A DNA stretch of 64,000 nucleotides. It comes from Ylistrum balloti. Taxonomy: Eukaryota. The stretch lies in contig NW_026782240.1 of assembly GCF_031769215.1 (NCBI RefSeq), forward strand, positions 310,001 through 374,000, read 5' to 3'. Shown in pieces: positions 36,711 through 51,700 of the stretch. How positions within the stretch are numbered: position 1 is the first letter of the stretch; every line of letters begins with the position of its first letter. The notes beneath the pieces are model-generated. The model did no database searches. It was not told where the DNA came from and saw only the letters and a list, made by a program, of their open reading frames with translations. A program made the position numbers and the translations under genes.

Positions 36711-39700
36711 ATGATACTCCGTCGGGATAGTCCGGATACGGGAATGGGGTCCACTACCCATAGCTCATTTGGAGACTGTGACCAGTCAAGTTTGTCTCCG
36801 GACAAAATCATTGCTTTTACTAGGAGCCCGAGGAGACCTCCTGAATTCAAACCCCGGAGTCACTCACCTACCCGCCTTCCCGGGGGTCTTAGGGTATCAG
36901 TTTTACAGAAGCCTACTCCAAGGTTACGTCCACGAATTGAGGAGTCGCTGGCTGGTCTAGCCGAACTTAAAATGTTGAGAGAGAAACAGCTTCAGAGAAT
37001 ACAAGATGCCAAACTGACCACAAATGACCATGGTCAGCAACTCGATGTTCTGGTTAGTATTCTTTCCAACCCAGTATTTTCTATGGTGTGAAAAAAATGA
37101 CCATCACTATTGCATTTAGATAATTTAACATCATATAAAAAAATCAACGTAAGTAGAAAGTTGGATTTTATAGTTTGAATTTTTATACACAAGATAAGAT
37201 CTTATCGCATGTCTCCATTGCTTTTTAACTTCACGCATTTTTGTTCTTTAAAATTCATGAAATCCTGCAGCCGACTTTTAAAGACGTTTCATTATATATG
37301 ATACTATTCAACCCGATTGTATTATGAAAACAAGCACATTGATATCATTATGTAATTTGAGAAACTCACTGAGCACCGGACGTTTATTTTATTGACTAGT
37401 TAGAGAGATTAAATCAGAACAGATATACAACAATGCAGGCTTCGGAATTCATGTAACGTGTTCATTTCCATGTTTAAAACATATAGGGGAAATGAAAAAA
37501 GCGTGGAAACAGGTCATTTATAATTTATCTTAATATTTGATCTTTACACAATGAATAATATCAACAAAGTGTACCATTCGGAGACGAATGATTGTAAGAT
37601 TCTCTCATACCTAAACTATCAAATAACCTTTCCACTTGATAGAACAGACCTCCCTACTTTGTTAATTAGGCAACGTCATACCACAATTTAGACGCAATAT
37701 AAACCCAGAACCTTACAAAAAGTCTGGGAGGTAATGTAAAAGTTCAAACTGGAATACATTGCAGGGGATATTTAGATTTAACTGTACACGTAAATTACTT
37801 TTAGATTGATATCAAATAGATATCAGTATTTTTTTGCTGACTTTCCTCAGCTTGGAAATTAAGCTGTAATATCTGTATACTATCTAAACATATTGTTATA
37901 CGCTGAAAATATTCATACTTACGGATGCTTATCTCAATATGAGTAATGCTTTCTTTACAAAATGACTTTTATATTTAAGTCCCTGCTTTATATTAATTCA
38001 GGGATGTTATGAAGTTTACGTATAACTTAGTTATATGGAGTTTAAATGCTCAAAGAGAAAATATCGAGTTTACATAAACAATGTTCAATTGAATTAACAC
38101 ATATAAAATGTATATATATATATGTGTGTGTGTGTGATGAAATGCATCATAAAGTGACATTGTCAGGAGGATAAGATCAATCAAACTTTTCAAAACTCAA
38201 TTTCGAAAATCCATAGTTTTGTTAAAATCACTCCTTCGTAAAGTAGTGCAATATTTCTCCTTCAGTCACCTTTTCATCAGTGATACCTTCCTCTCTAGTC
38301 ACCGCTACATCAGTGATACCTTCCTCTCTAGTCATCTCTACATCAGTGATACCTTCCTCTCTAGTCATCTCTACATCAGTGATACCTTCCTCTCTAGTCA
38401 TCACTACATCAGTGATACCTTCCTCTCTAGTCATCACTACATCAGTGATACCTTCCTCTCTAGTCATCACTACATCAGTGATACCTTCCTCTCTAGTCAT
38501 CTCTACATCAGTGATATCTTCCTCTCTAGTCATCACTACATCAGTGATATCTTCCTCTCTCATCTCTACATCAGTGATCCTCTCTAGTCATCACTCCGCT
38601 CTCTACATCAGTGATACCTTCCTCTCTAGTCATCTCTACATCAGTGATACCTTCCTCTCTAGTCATCACTACATCAGTGATACCTTCCTCTCTATTCATC
38701 ACTACATCAGTGATACCTTCCTCTCTAGTCATCTCTACATCAGTGATACCTTCCTCTCTAGTCATCACTACATCAGTGATACCTTCCTCTCTAGTCATCT
38801 CTACATCAGTGATACCTTCCTCTCTAGTCATCTCTACATCAGTGATACCTTCCTCTCTAGTCATCTCTACATCAGTGATACCTTCCTCTCTAGTCATCAC
38901 TACATCAGTGATACCTTCCTCTCTAGTCATCACTACATCAGTGATATCTTCCTCTCTAGTCATCACTACATCAGTGATATCTTCCTCTCTAGTCATCTCT
39001 ACATCAGTGATACCTTCCTCTCTAGTCATCACTACATCAGTGATGCCTTCCTCTCTAGTCATCACTACATCAGTGATGCCTTCCTCTCTAGTCATCACTA
39101 CATCAGTGATATCTTCCTCTCTAGTCATCTCTACATCAGTGATACCTTCCTCTCTAGTCATCTCTACATCAGTGATACCTTCCTCTCTAGTCATCTCTAC
39201 ATCAGTGATACCTTCCTCTCTAGTCATCTCTACATCAGTGATACCTTGCTCTCTATTCATCACGACATCAGTGATACCTTCCTCTCTAGTCATCACTACA
39301 TCAGTGATACCTTCCTCTCTAGTCACCACTACATCAGTGATGCCTTCCTCTCTAGTCATCACTACATCATTGACACTCTAGTCATCTCTACATCAGTGAT
39401 ATCTTCCTCTCTAGTCATCACTACATCAGTGATATCTTCCTCTCTAGTCATCTCTACATCAGTGATACCTTCCTCTCTAGTCATCTCTACATCAGTGATA
39501 CCTTCCTCTCTAGTCATCTCTACATCAGTGATACCTTCCTCTCTAGTCACCACTACATCATTGACACTCTAGTCATCTCTACATCAGCGATACCTTCCCC
39601 TCTAGTCATCCCTATATCATTGACTCCCGCCCCTCCCTCCCACCCCCCCCCCCCACCCCCACCACCAATGCAGTCACTTGTCCCCTCTCCGACCCTTCCT

Positions 39701-42700
39701 CCTCCTAGGTAATCTTTTCAGCCATTACTTCAGCACCCACATACAATATGACAGTATGGGGATGTTATCATATCTATCACGTGGATGTTTTATCTTGGAT
39801 ATCGTATTTATAATAAGATAAGTGTTATTTATAACTCTTCTGATCCCAGTATTATTACTCAGCATTATTCATATTTAATGACTGATGGGTGTGTAATATA
39901 TTCCCCTCAGTAGTTTATGCATATTCTGCTCTGTTTTTTTGCCCATTTTATTTTAACATTATTTCTATCCTTTAGATTGTCATAGCTTTGGACGAAAACG
40001 GAATGAAGTAAACGGAAGCAATGTTATTAGCATACAGTGTAATATAAAGAAAACAATACTCTTGTATATCGAGGTTGTAACTCTCGTTCATCTCATTAAG
40101 GTTGTGACTCTACTCCATCTCGTTAAGTCTGTGACTCTACTCCATCTCGTTAAGGCTGTGACTCTTCTTCATCTCGTTAAGTCTGTGACTCTTCTTCATC
40201 TCGTTAAGGTTGTGACTCTCGTTCATCTCGTTAAGGTTGTGACTCTCGTTCATCTCGTTAAGTCTGTGACTCTACTCTATCTCGTTAAGTCTGTGACTCT
40301 CGTTCATCTCGTTAAGGCTGTGACTCTTCTTCATCTCGTTAAGACTTTGACTCTACTTCATCTCGCTAAGGTTGTGACTCTTCTTCATCTCGTTAAGACT
40401 TTGACTCTCCCTCATCTCCTTAAGGTTGTAACTCTCGTTCATCTCGTTAAGGCTGTGACTCTCGTTCATCTCGTTAAGGCTGTGACTCTCGTTCATCTCG
40501 TTAAGTCTGTGACTCTCCCTCATCTCATTAAGGTTGTGACTCTCGTTCATCTCGTTAAGGCTGTGACTCTCGTTCATCTCGTTAAGGCTGTGACTCTCGT
40601 TCATCTCATTAAGTCTGTGACTCTCCCTCATCTCATTAAGGTTGTGACTCTCGTTCATCTCGTTAAGGCTGTGACTCTCGTTCATCTCGTTAAGTCTGTG
40701 ACTCTCCCTCATCTCGTTAAGGTTGTGACTCTACTCCATCTCGTTAAGTCTGTGACTCTCGTTCATCTCATTAAGGTTGTGACTCTCGTTCATCTCGTTA
40801 AGACTTTGACTCTCGTTCAACTCGTTAAGGTTGTGACTCTCGTTGATCTCGTTAAGTCTGTGACTCTACTTCATCTCGTTAAGTCTGTGACTCTACTCCA
40901 TCTCGTTAAGGCTGTGACTCTCGTTCATCTCGTTAAGGCTGTGACTCTCCCTCATCTCGTTAAGACTTTGACTCTCGTTCATCTCGTCAAGACTTTGACT
41001 CTCGTTCATATCGTTAAGTCTGTGACTCCCGTTCATCTCGTTAAGGCTGTGACTCTACTTCATCTCGTTAAGTCTGTGACTCTCCCTCATCTCATTAAGG
41101 TTGTGACTCTCGTTCATCTCGTTAAGACTGTGACTCTCGTTCATCTCGTTAAGTCTGTGACTCTCCCTCATCTCATTAAGGTTGTGACTCTACTTCATCT
41201 CGTTAAGTCTGTGACTCTACTCCATCTCGTTAAGTCTGTGACTCTCGTTCATCTCGTGAAGACTTTGACTCTCGTTCATCTCGTTAAGTCTGTGACTCTC
41301 CCTTATCTCATTAAGGTTGTGACTCTCGTTGATCTCGTTAAGTCTGTGACTCTACTTCATCTCGTTAAGTCCGTGACTCTACTTCATCTCGTTCAGTCTG
41401 TGACTCCCGTTCATCTCGTTAAGGCTGTGACTCTACTTCATCTCGTTAAGTCTGTGACTCTCGTTCATCTCGTGAAGACTTTGACTCTCGTTCATCTCGT
41501 TAAGGCTGTGACTCTCGTTCATTTCGTTTAGGCTGTGACTCTCGTTCATCTCGTTAAGTCTGTGACCCTCCCTTATCTCATTAAGGTTGTGACTCTCGTT
41601 GATCTCGTTAAGTCTGTGACTCTACTTCATCTCGTTAAGTCCGTGACTCTACTTCATCTCGTTAAGTTTGTGACTCTACTTCATCTCGTTAAGGCTGTGA
41701 CTCTCCCTCATCTCGTTAAGACTTTGACTCTCGTTCATCTCGTTAAGACTTTGACTCTCCTTCATCTCGTTAAGTCTGTGACTCTCCTTCATCTCGTTAA
41801 GTCTGTGACTCCCGTTCATCTCGTTAAGGCTGTGACTCTCCCTCATCTCGTTAAGACTTTGACTCTCGTTCATCTCGTTAAGACTTTGACTCTCGTTCAT
41901 CTCGTTAAGGCTGTGACTCTCGTTCATCTCGTTAAGTCTGTGACTCTCCCTCATCTCATTAAGGTTGTGACTCTACTCCATCTCGTTAAGTCTGTGACTC
42001 TACTCCATCTCGTTAAGTCTGTGACTCTCGTTCATCTCGTGAAGACTTTGACTCTCGTTCATCTCGTTAAGTCTGTGACTCTCCCTGATCTCGTTAAGTC
42101 TGTGACTCTACTTCATCTCGTTAAGTCTGTGACTCTACTCCATCTCGTTAAGGCTGTGACTCTCGTTCATCTCGTTAAGACTTTGACTCTCCTTCATCTC
42201 GTTCAGTCTGTGACTGCCGTTCATCTCGTTAAGGCTGTGACTCTACTTCATCTCGTTAAGTCTGTGACTCTCGTTCATCTCGTGAAGACTTTGACTCTCG
42301 TTCATCTCGTTAAGGCTGTGACTCTCGTTCATCTCGTTTAGGCTGTGACTCTCGTTCATCTCGTTAAGTCTGTGACTCTCCCTTATCTCATTAAGGTTGT
42401 GACTCTCGTTGATCTCGTTAAGTCTGTGACTCTACTTCATCTCGTTAAGGCTGTGACTCTACTTCATCTCGTTAAGTCCGTGACTCTACTTCATCTCGTT
42501 AAGTTTGTGACTCTACTTCATCTCGTTAAGTTTGTGACTCTACTTCATCTCGTTAAGACTTTGACTCTTCTTCATCTCGTTAAGACTTTGACTCTACTTC
42601 ATCTCGTTAAGACTGTGACTCCCGTTCATCTCGTTAAGGCTGTGATTCTACTTCATCTCGTTAAGTCTGTGACTCTACTTCATCTCGTTAAGTCTGTGAC

Positions 42701-45700
42701 TCTACTTCATCTCGTTAAGGCTGTGACTCTCCCTCATCTCGTGAAGACTTTGACTCTCGTTCATCTCGTCAAGACTTTGACTCTCCTTCATCTCGTTAAG
42801 TCTGTGACTCCCGTTCATCTCGTTAAGGCTGTGACTCTACTTCATCTCGTTAAGTCTGTGACTCTCCCTCATCTCATTAAGGTTGTGACTCTACTTCATC
42901 TCGTTAAGTCTGTGACTCTACTCCATCTCGTTAAGTCTGTGACTCTACTCCATCTCGTTAAGTCTGTGACTCTCGTTCATCTCGTGAAGACTTTGACTCT
43001 CGTTCATCTCGTTAAGTCTGTGACTCTCCCTTATCTCATTAAGGTTGTGACTCTCGTTGATCTCATTAAGTCTGTGACTCTACTTCATCTCGTTAAGTCT
43101 GTGACTCTACTCCATCTCGTTAAGGCTGTGACTCTCGTTCATCTCGTTAAGACTTTGACTCTCCTTCATCTCGTTCAGTCTGTGACTGCCGTTCATCTCG
43201 TTAAGGCTGTGACTCTACTTCATCTCGTTAAGTCTGTGACTCTCGTTCATCTCGTGAAGACTTTGACTCTCGTTCATCTCGTTAAGGCTGTGACTCTCGT
43301 TCATCTCGTTTAGGCTGTGACTCTCGTTCATCTCGTTAAGTCTGTGACTCTCCCTTATCTCATTAAGGTTGTGACTCTCGTTGATCTCGTTAAGTCTGTG
43401 ACTCTACTTCATCTCGTTAAGGCTGTGACTCTACTTCATCTCGTTAAGTCCGTGACTCTACTTCATCTCGTTAAGTTTGTGACTCTACTTCATCTCGTTA
43501 AGGCTGTGACTCTCCCTCATCTCGTTAAGACTTTGACTCTCGTTCATCTCGTTAAGACTTTGACTCTCCTTCATCTCGTTAAGTCTGTGACTCCCGTTCA
43601 TCTCGTTAAGGCTGTGACTCTACTTCATCTCGTTAAGGCTGTGATTCTCGGTCCATATAAATGCTGATCGACGGTTATATTTGACTTATATTAAATAATC
43701 CAGGACGGTTATATACTATTTGTCAACATTACACAGGACTGACATTGACACCCTATTAATTGTAGGTATAAACTAGATCATACACGTTTCATAGCAGGTA
43801 ATGAATTATACATTCACGTGGCATGGAGTCCGAATGTTTTATCAGACTTCTGATAAAAATTCAACGTCCAGAATTTGATTAAACCGTGTCTATAACCAGT
43901 GTCATCTTAAGATGTATCCACCTATCTACAGAAGATAATGACTGGGTTTAGAAATAGGCGGAGTATTAAATAGACGGTCATAAAACGGCAAACTCGATAA
44001 ATTGACGTATTGATGTAAAGCAATGTCTCACTGTGTAGATTTAATTAATGTCTCCCCGGGAAATCACACCAACAACTCATTGTATATTGCTATCACAGCT
44101 CTGTGCATTAGATTTTCTTATTAGGATTTCAATTCTAAGGTTGTATTTTAATTTGCGAATAGCATTTTTATTTCGTTAATGATATTTGTTTATGTTTTTC
44201 ATATTTATCGGGCCAGTCTATATTGTTCAACTATGTAATATTTTATTCATTAGGTTGTTATAGTGTATCTATCGGACAGACCTCGACAGTGTCTGTTTGT
44301 GAGCAGGACCAGGACAATAGATATTTGTCAACAAGACCATGGTATCGTCTAATTGGCATCAATGTTGTGATGTTATCTAGTTAGCATCATGGCTGTGACA
44401 TTTTATGATTGACATCAAGGCCGCGATATTGTCTAATAAGAATCAAGACCATGACATTGTCTTATTGGTAACAAGGTCATGACATTGTCTTATTGGTAAC
44501 AAGGTCATGACATTGTCTTATTGGTAACAAGGTCATGACATTGTCTTATTGGTAACAAGGTCATGGCATTGTCTTATTGGTAACAAGGCCATGACATTGT
44601 CTTATTGGTAACAAGACCATGACATTGTCTTATTGGTAACAAGGCCATGACATTGTCTTATTGGTAACAAGACCATGACATTGTCTTATTGGTAACAAGG
44701 TCATGACATTGTCTTATTGGTAACAAGGCCATGACATTGTCTTATTGGTAACAAGACCATGACATTGTCTTATTGGTAACAAGGCCATGACATTGTCTTA
44801 TTGGTAACAAGACCATGACATTGTCTTATTGGTAACAAGGCCATGACATTGTTTTATTGGTAACAAGGTCATGACATTGTCTTATTGGTAACAAGACCAT
44901 GACATTGTCCAATTGGCATTATGATCGTGATATTGTCTTACTAGAATCAAGGTCAGGGCAATGTTTATTTTTCAGTGGAGCATGGACAGTGCCTATTTGA
45001 TAGCTAAGCCAGTATCCATTTGTCATTGAGGCATCGCTTTTTTCATACATGACCTGGTCAATGTCTGTTCGATTTTTCTCAGCTATGCCACTGTCTGTGC
45101 AATATTTTTTGTCAACAAAGTGTGGGCAATTGATATTTGTCAGTTAGGCATGAACAATATTTTTCGTCAGCTAGCAAACCACTGTTTATTTGTCAGTTAA
45201 GCCAGGTCAATATCTATTTTTCATGAGCTAGGTCAGGCCACTGTGCATTTGTCCGCTGGACCAGGACAATGTCTATTTGTTAGCTAAGTCAGGCCAGGAT
45301 CTATTTGTTAGCTAGGTCAGGGCAGGATATATTTGTTAGCTAGGCCTGACCTAGGCAGTGTCTATTTATTGCGTAGCCCAGGCCAGTATCTATTTGTTAG
45401 CTAGGCCTGACCTAGGCAGTGTCTATTTATTGCGTAGCCCAGGCCAGTATCTATTTGTTAGCTAGACCTGACCTAGGCAGTGTCTATTTATTAAGTAGGC
45501 CAGGCCAGTATCTATTTGTTAGCTAGACCTGACCTAGGCATTTAAGTATTTACCAGATGGACAAAGCCACTGTCGGTCTGGGTAGCACCCGTCCATTTCT
45601 CAGTGATTGATACAGCTCTGTACGTTTGCATGACGTAAGATTGGACCAATAAGTCTTTCCTTTACCAGACGACTTGAATGTAGTCTTGTCTGTTTTCAAT

Positions 45701-48700
45701 AGTCAACTTTACACTTACACCTCACGAGCGTCGTGCGTGTGTTCCGTCATATGACAGATTTATAAAACAGCGTTTAAGCGGCAAACACGACCACGTGCTC
45801 TATATCATTAGTCACACTCAACTCAGCTCGACTGCTTCACTTTTTTTTATCTGTTTACCTGTCAACAACCGTAAATTTGCCGATTACCTGTACTTACCTG
45901 GACGATTGGAATGTTAAAAATGCAGGTCCAGGTCACATACTTTCATGAATGCTTTAGTGCATGTAATATGCAGAAAGCAGTTAAGTGCAATGTAGGAATT
46001 ACATGACCATAAAATCTCAATTGATTATGGCTGTAAACTTTGAGTCACTAACCATTACAAGATGTACACTGAAGACTATATAATTGATTGAACTCGTAAT
46101 TAATTCATTCATAGTACAAAACCGCCAGTAATATATTACATCATATTGAAGGAACATTATTTTCTAATTTAAAAGCTCCTTGGCTTTATGTTGCATGGAT
46201 CAATGTTAAAATCGAACAGACACTTTTTTCGGAATTATATTTGTATACCATGTCGATATTTTGTCTGTGAAATGTGAATACTAAGTAGAAATTTTGTCGT
46301 TACAGATATATATATATACCATGTCGACATTTTGTCTGTGTGAAATGTGAATACTGAGTAGACATTTTGTCGTTATGTCTATACCAAACAGACATTTTGT
46401 ACGGGTAAGATGTGTATACCGAGTAGACGTTATGTCTGGGTAAGATGTGTATACCATGTAGACGTTTTGTCTGGGTAAGATGTGTATACCGAGTAGACGT
46501 TTTGTCTGGGTAAGATGTCTATACCGAGTAGACGTTTTGTCAGGGTAAGATGTGTATACCATGTAGACATTTTGTCAGGGTAAGATGTGTATACCATGTA
46601 GACGTTTTGTCAAGGTAAGATGTGTATACAATGTAGACATTTTGTTTGGGTAAGATGTGTTTACCGAGTAGACGTTTTGTCTGGGTAAGATGTGTATACC
46701 ATGTAGACGTTTTGTCAGGGTAAGATGTCTATACCGATTAGACATTTTGTCTGGGTAAGATGTGTATACCATGTAGACGTTTTGTCAAGGTAAGATGTGT
46801 ATACCATGTAGACGTTTTGTCAAGGTAAGATGTGTATACAATGTAGACATTTTGTTTGGGTAAGATGTGTTTACCGAGTAGACGTTTTGTCTAGGTAAGA
46901 TGTGTATACAATGTAGACATTTTGTCAGGGTAAGATGTCTATACCGATTAGACATTTTGTCTGGGTAAGATGTGTATACCATGTAGACGTTTTGTCTGGG
47001 TAAGATGTGTATACCATATAGACATTTTGTCTGGGTAAGATGTGTATACCATGTAGACGTTTTGTCTGGGTAAGATGTGTATACCATGTAGACATTTTGC
47101 CAGGGTAAGATGTGTATATCATGTACACGTTTTGTCTGGGTAAGATGTATATACCGAGAAGACATTTTGTCTGGGCAAGATGTGTATACCTAGTAGACGT
47201 TTTGTCTGGGTAAGATGTGTATACCATGTAGACGTTTTGTCTGGTTAAGATGTGTATACCATGTACACGTTTTATCGCCTAAAGATGCACAAATCAAGTG
47301 TTGTGTAGTGTTGTGTAATGTAAGCTCTCTGTCATTTCTAACTCAACTTCACAGTGACAAACGCCTATGGTCACAATCAGCCGTAGACCTACAAGTAGAT
47401 TAGTTCTCAAATACACATTGAAAATCTTTGTGAATTACAAGATAAACTCTCTTTGAAGATATTTTTCTCGTATTTATTCCTCTTCCCGTTTCAATAAACC
47501 CTACAGTGAGTACACATTTTCCTTATTCTCCCAACCGGACTTTGGTTGTAATATAGCTATGTTATCTACTGGGATTTAGGCTATCAATCTGTTTACTAGT
47601 TACCACACAGCACGAGGTGCGGGAGTAAAATTCTCTCAAAATATATTCCCTATCCAAATGAAGTTTGCCTTGTGTCAACATCATTCAGTTGATATGTTTG
47701 TATATAACGGGTTGTCGACTTTGTTGAACTTGTCTGGGTATGTCTGGTTTGGGCCACTCCATATAAGTTCCATTTTCGAGACGCTCCGTCACCGGTGTTT
47801 ACCAAAATTGTTAAGAAATGTTTCACAAGCAATCAAAATAAAACAGAAAATGGAATGTCCATGCCTAAAACTTCAAATCAAACTTGGCAGCACCTTGTCT
47901 TAAACACAGTAATTTTACATCAATATCATTAGACATGACGACACCCTGTCTTAAACACAATATGTTTACATCAATATCATTAGACATGACGGCACACTGT
48001 CTTATACCTAGTAGTTTTACATCAATATCATTAGACATGACGACACCCTCTCTTATACCTAGTAGTTTTACATCAATATCATTAGACATGATGACACCCT
48101 GTCTTATACCCAGTAGTTTTACATCAATATCATTAGACATGACGGCACACTGTCTTATACCCAGTAGTTTTACATCAATATCATTAGACATGACGGCACA
48201 ATGTCTTATACCCAGTAATTTTACATCAATATCATTGTCTTATTCCCAGTGGTTTAACATTAATAAGGGAAATATTTTCTCATCAGGAACATATTTGTCC
48301 TCTGACAGCGACAGACTTTGATACCTTACCATAAGTCTTTATTATATATCATATTAGTTTGTGATATTGAATTTCTTACTGAAAACTACTTTGAACAAGT
48401 CATATTAAACAAAGTCATGTTTCAATTCAGTTACGTATTAATTTATCGTAAAAATAATTATCATTCTATGTCAATTTAACAAAAACTTTCTTTGTCGTGA
48501 AAGTGCATTGCCACAACCAATGAGATTAGTGAAGAACTGATGTCGATCATCATAGCCTTCCATTTGGGTGCCAATCCTACAGTGCTTCATTCATGTCTTT
48601 ATAAACCTGTTTTACAGACTATGTATTTACGAGACTCGATGTCCCTAGAGTATGATGACACACTAATGTGGATCAAAGTTACGCCTTATCACACGTTTCA

Positions 48701-51700
48701 CGCAGTCTATTCAATCTATTTTCATTTTATATTTCTAACAATTGATAATGATATATAAAGAAGCTTTTAATAAACATCCTTTGTTAATTTGAATTTGAAT
48801 TAATAGACTTGTTTTTTATTACCGTCTTTTCAAGTCTGTTCATGTTAAGGTCTTGCTTATGTATTGATAACATTGCCACCTGTGCTAGCGGGCCCACAAG
48901 AGTTTAGTCATAGCTGTCTAGCACATAGTCGGGAGCTTTTCAAAGTGCTCAACATTATCACTGTTGTATCATTATAGGGAAATAAAACTTTCTTTTAGGA
49001 AAATAAAATACGACTGTTACTTGCGAACAAACAGTGATGAAAGATGGGCGTCTTTTTCTGTTGGCGGAATAAACCCCCAAAAATAAAAAAAAAAAAAAAC
49101 AAAAAACCAAAAACAAACAAAAAACCCAATGTAATTCATACTCAAAGCTGGTGTATATATCTAAATTTAAACATCGTCTACACGCTGTTTGTCTGCCAGT
49201 ACAGAATTGTGATAAATATAGTAAATATTATTTGTGTTTAGATAAATGACCTGCAAAGGATAATACCCGTGTTTGATTAAAATGTGACACAGTTAAAGAA
49301 CCTTTTTTTCTTTTGACAAAATATTTACCTAATATACAGTTTAAGTAATGCAAACTTTGGTATATAATTAATGCATGTATTCAGATGTAACAAGTCCAGT
49401 TAAATGTCGTGCTTTCACCTCGGGGAATGGAAGAAATTGCCCGGCCAGGTAAAAACTGAATTGTAATTAAGCGACGATCTGGGAAATGCGATTAGGGATT
49501 GGCAGTGATCTTTAACTTATTACCTTTAAAATAATCAGCACCTTTATTTCAAACTTAACACCAATGGCGCTATAGGGCTTAATCTGGATTAACTCAGATG
49601 TAGCGAAATCATTTAAGTGTATCCTATCACGAAATGACGATAAGAAATCGATGTTATTTGACAGGTCAGTGGCACAAATAAGAGAGCCATATTCGACGAT
49701 GTTAAATTAATTTTGGTAGATATGACGTCGCTTCTGTGTGACGTTCGAGAGATATATTTATAATAATAGTGGTAAACAAATACATAAATAGGATATAATA
49801 GTATAGATAGAAATTGTCAAACCATGATAATATTCTTACTTTAATTCTACTCTTTGGCACATGAACCTGTTCGGAAGAAGAAATACTGGATCAGAAGTAG
49901 TTTTTAATACGGGAGTATTACGAAAACACCTCGAGAAACATACGTGGACACAGTGATTCAGCTGGTCTAAATGCTTTATTCGTGAGAAGTAAATATACTC
50001 TCCAATGTTTCGCTCTAGACAAAAGTAATCGATCAAGTTTGTTGTCACATATTTCACACAGCAGGATCCATCGTAATTACCCGGAATACCTCACCGTTCA
50101 ATCGTGATACTCGAGATTCTACATATTGTTAGCTGTCGAAGATATAAAGCATCTTCAATTATTTTATGTGGAGATCTTTAGCACTATGGAAGAAGTTTAA
50201 CTTTCAGTCTTACAAAACACATAGCCAGAGAAAGTTACCAAGGAATAACTATTTCCAAACGCGCTAACCGAAATAAGGCATTCACCCATTGTGTTAGCTA
50301 TGGTTATTCGTCAATGACTATTAGCAGGGTTTTACTATAAGCTAACAATACAGAGATTGTACATGGGTATGACGCCATGTCCACTACGCGTGGAAATGAC
50401 CACTGGCAGATTTAAAGATGTGACACCTTACCCAGATAAGTCTTCTTTTATATAAAGGGCTCTTTGGAGACCTTGGAATACCATTGTTTCCCTTCGGTTC
50501 ACCGACTTAGCCTCGGTTTGATACGAAGATAACAATAGGTTAAGGACGAAGAAAAAAAATTGGAACTGTTTTTTTGTGTCGTTATGGTGTTACTAGTTAC
50601 ATGAAAACGTTTCCTGATGTTTTCCTTTTTTTGCGTTCATACCTTGCCAGTGAACTGCTTTTAAGTCATTTATAGTCGATATGAAGGACATTGCAAGTAA
50701 ACATATTGCATGATAAATAGCCTGTTTTTATTATAGTGTTGCGTGAATTTTATTAACTGACATTTACATGCCAATACTTGTTGGTATTGATTTAGTTGGA
50801 TTTGAGGAATATATTAATTAATTAACTATTATGTGGAACAACCATTTTAACTCGTGTACTGTCAACGTTATCAAGGCATTATATATGACATTTAGAAAAT
50901 TATAGGGAACTTATAATTATAAATAAGAACTGTTGTCATTATACAGTTGTAAATAATAGAGAACTGATATCGTTATACCATTGTAAATAATAGAGAACTG
51001 GTATCGTTATACAATTGTAAATAATAGAGAACTAATATCGTTATACCATTGTAAATAATAGAGAACTGGTATTGTTATACAATTGTAAATAATAGAGAAC
51101 TGGTATTCCTATACAATTGTAAATAATAGAGAACTGTTATTCCTATACAATTGTAAATAATAGAGAACTGATATCGTTATACAGTTGTAAATAATAGAGA
51201 ACTGGTATCGTTATACAATTGTAAATAATAGAGAACTGGTATTGTTATACAATTGTAAATAATAGAGAACTGGTATCGTTATACAATTGTAAATAATAGA
51301 GAACTAATATCGTTATACCATTGTAAATAATAGAGAACTGGTATTGTTATACAATTGTAAATAATAGAGAACTGGTATCGTTATACAATTGTAAATAATA
51401 GAGAACTGGTATTCCTATACAATTGTAAATAATAGAGAACTGGTATTCCTATACAATTGTAAATAATAGAGAACTGGTATTGTTATACAATTGTAAATAA
51501 TAGAGAACTAATATCGTTATACCATTGTAAATAATAGAGAACTGGTATTGTTATACAATTGTAAATAATAGAGAACTGGTATCGTTATACAATTGTAAAT
51601 AATAGAGAACTGGTATTCCTATACAATTGTAAATAATAGAGAACTGGTATTCCTATACAATTGTAAATAATAGAGAACTGGTATTGTTATACAATTGTAA

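Noticed and set aside
38219-43667. Long ORFs of 250-490 aa (MTREEGITDVE, SVIPSSLVIST, VKAVTLVHL repeats)
   Set aside because: Units of 33 and 27 bp are multiples of 3, so stop-free frames arise on both strands. There are no unique termini or splice context, the ORFs are broken by indels and stops, and they sit in an intron.
47650-47903. Unique, coding-looking stretch inside the long intron
   Set aside because: No frame gave a recognisable motif (including the DACT SSGFY motif), and there are no in-phase splice sites on +.
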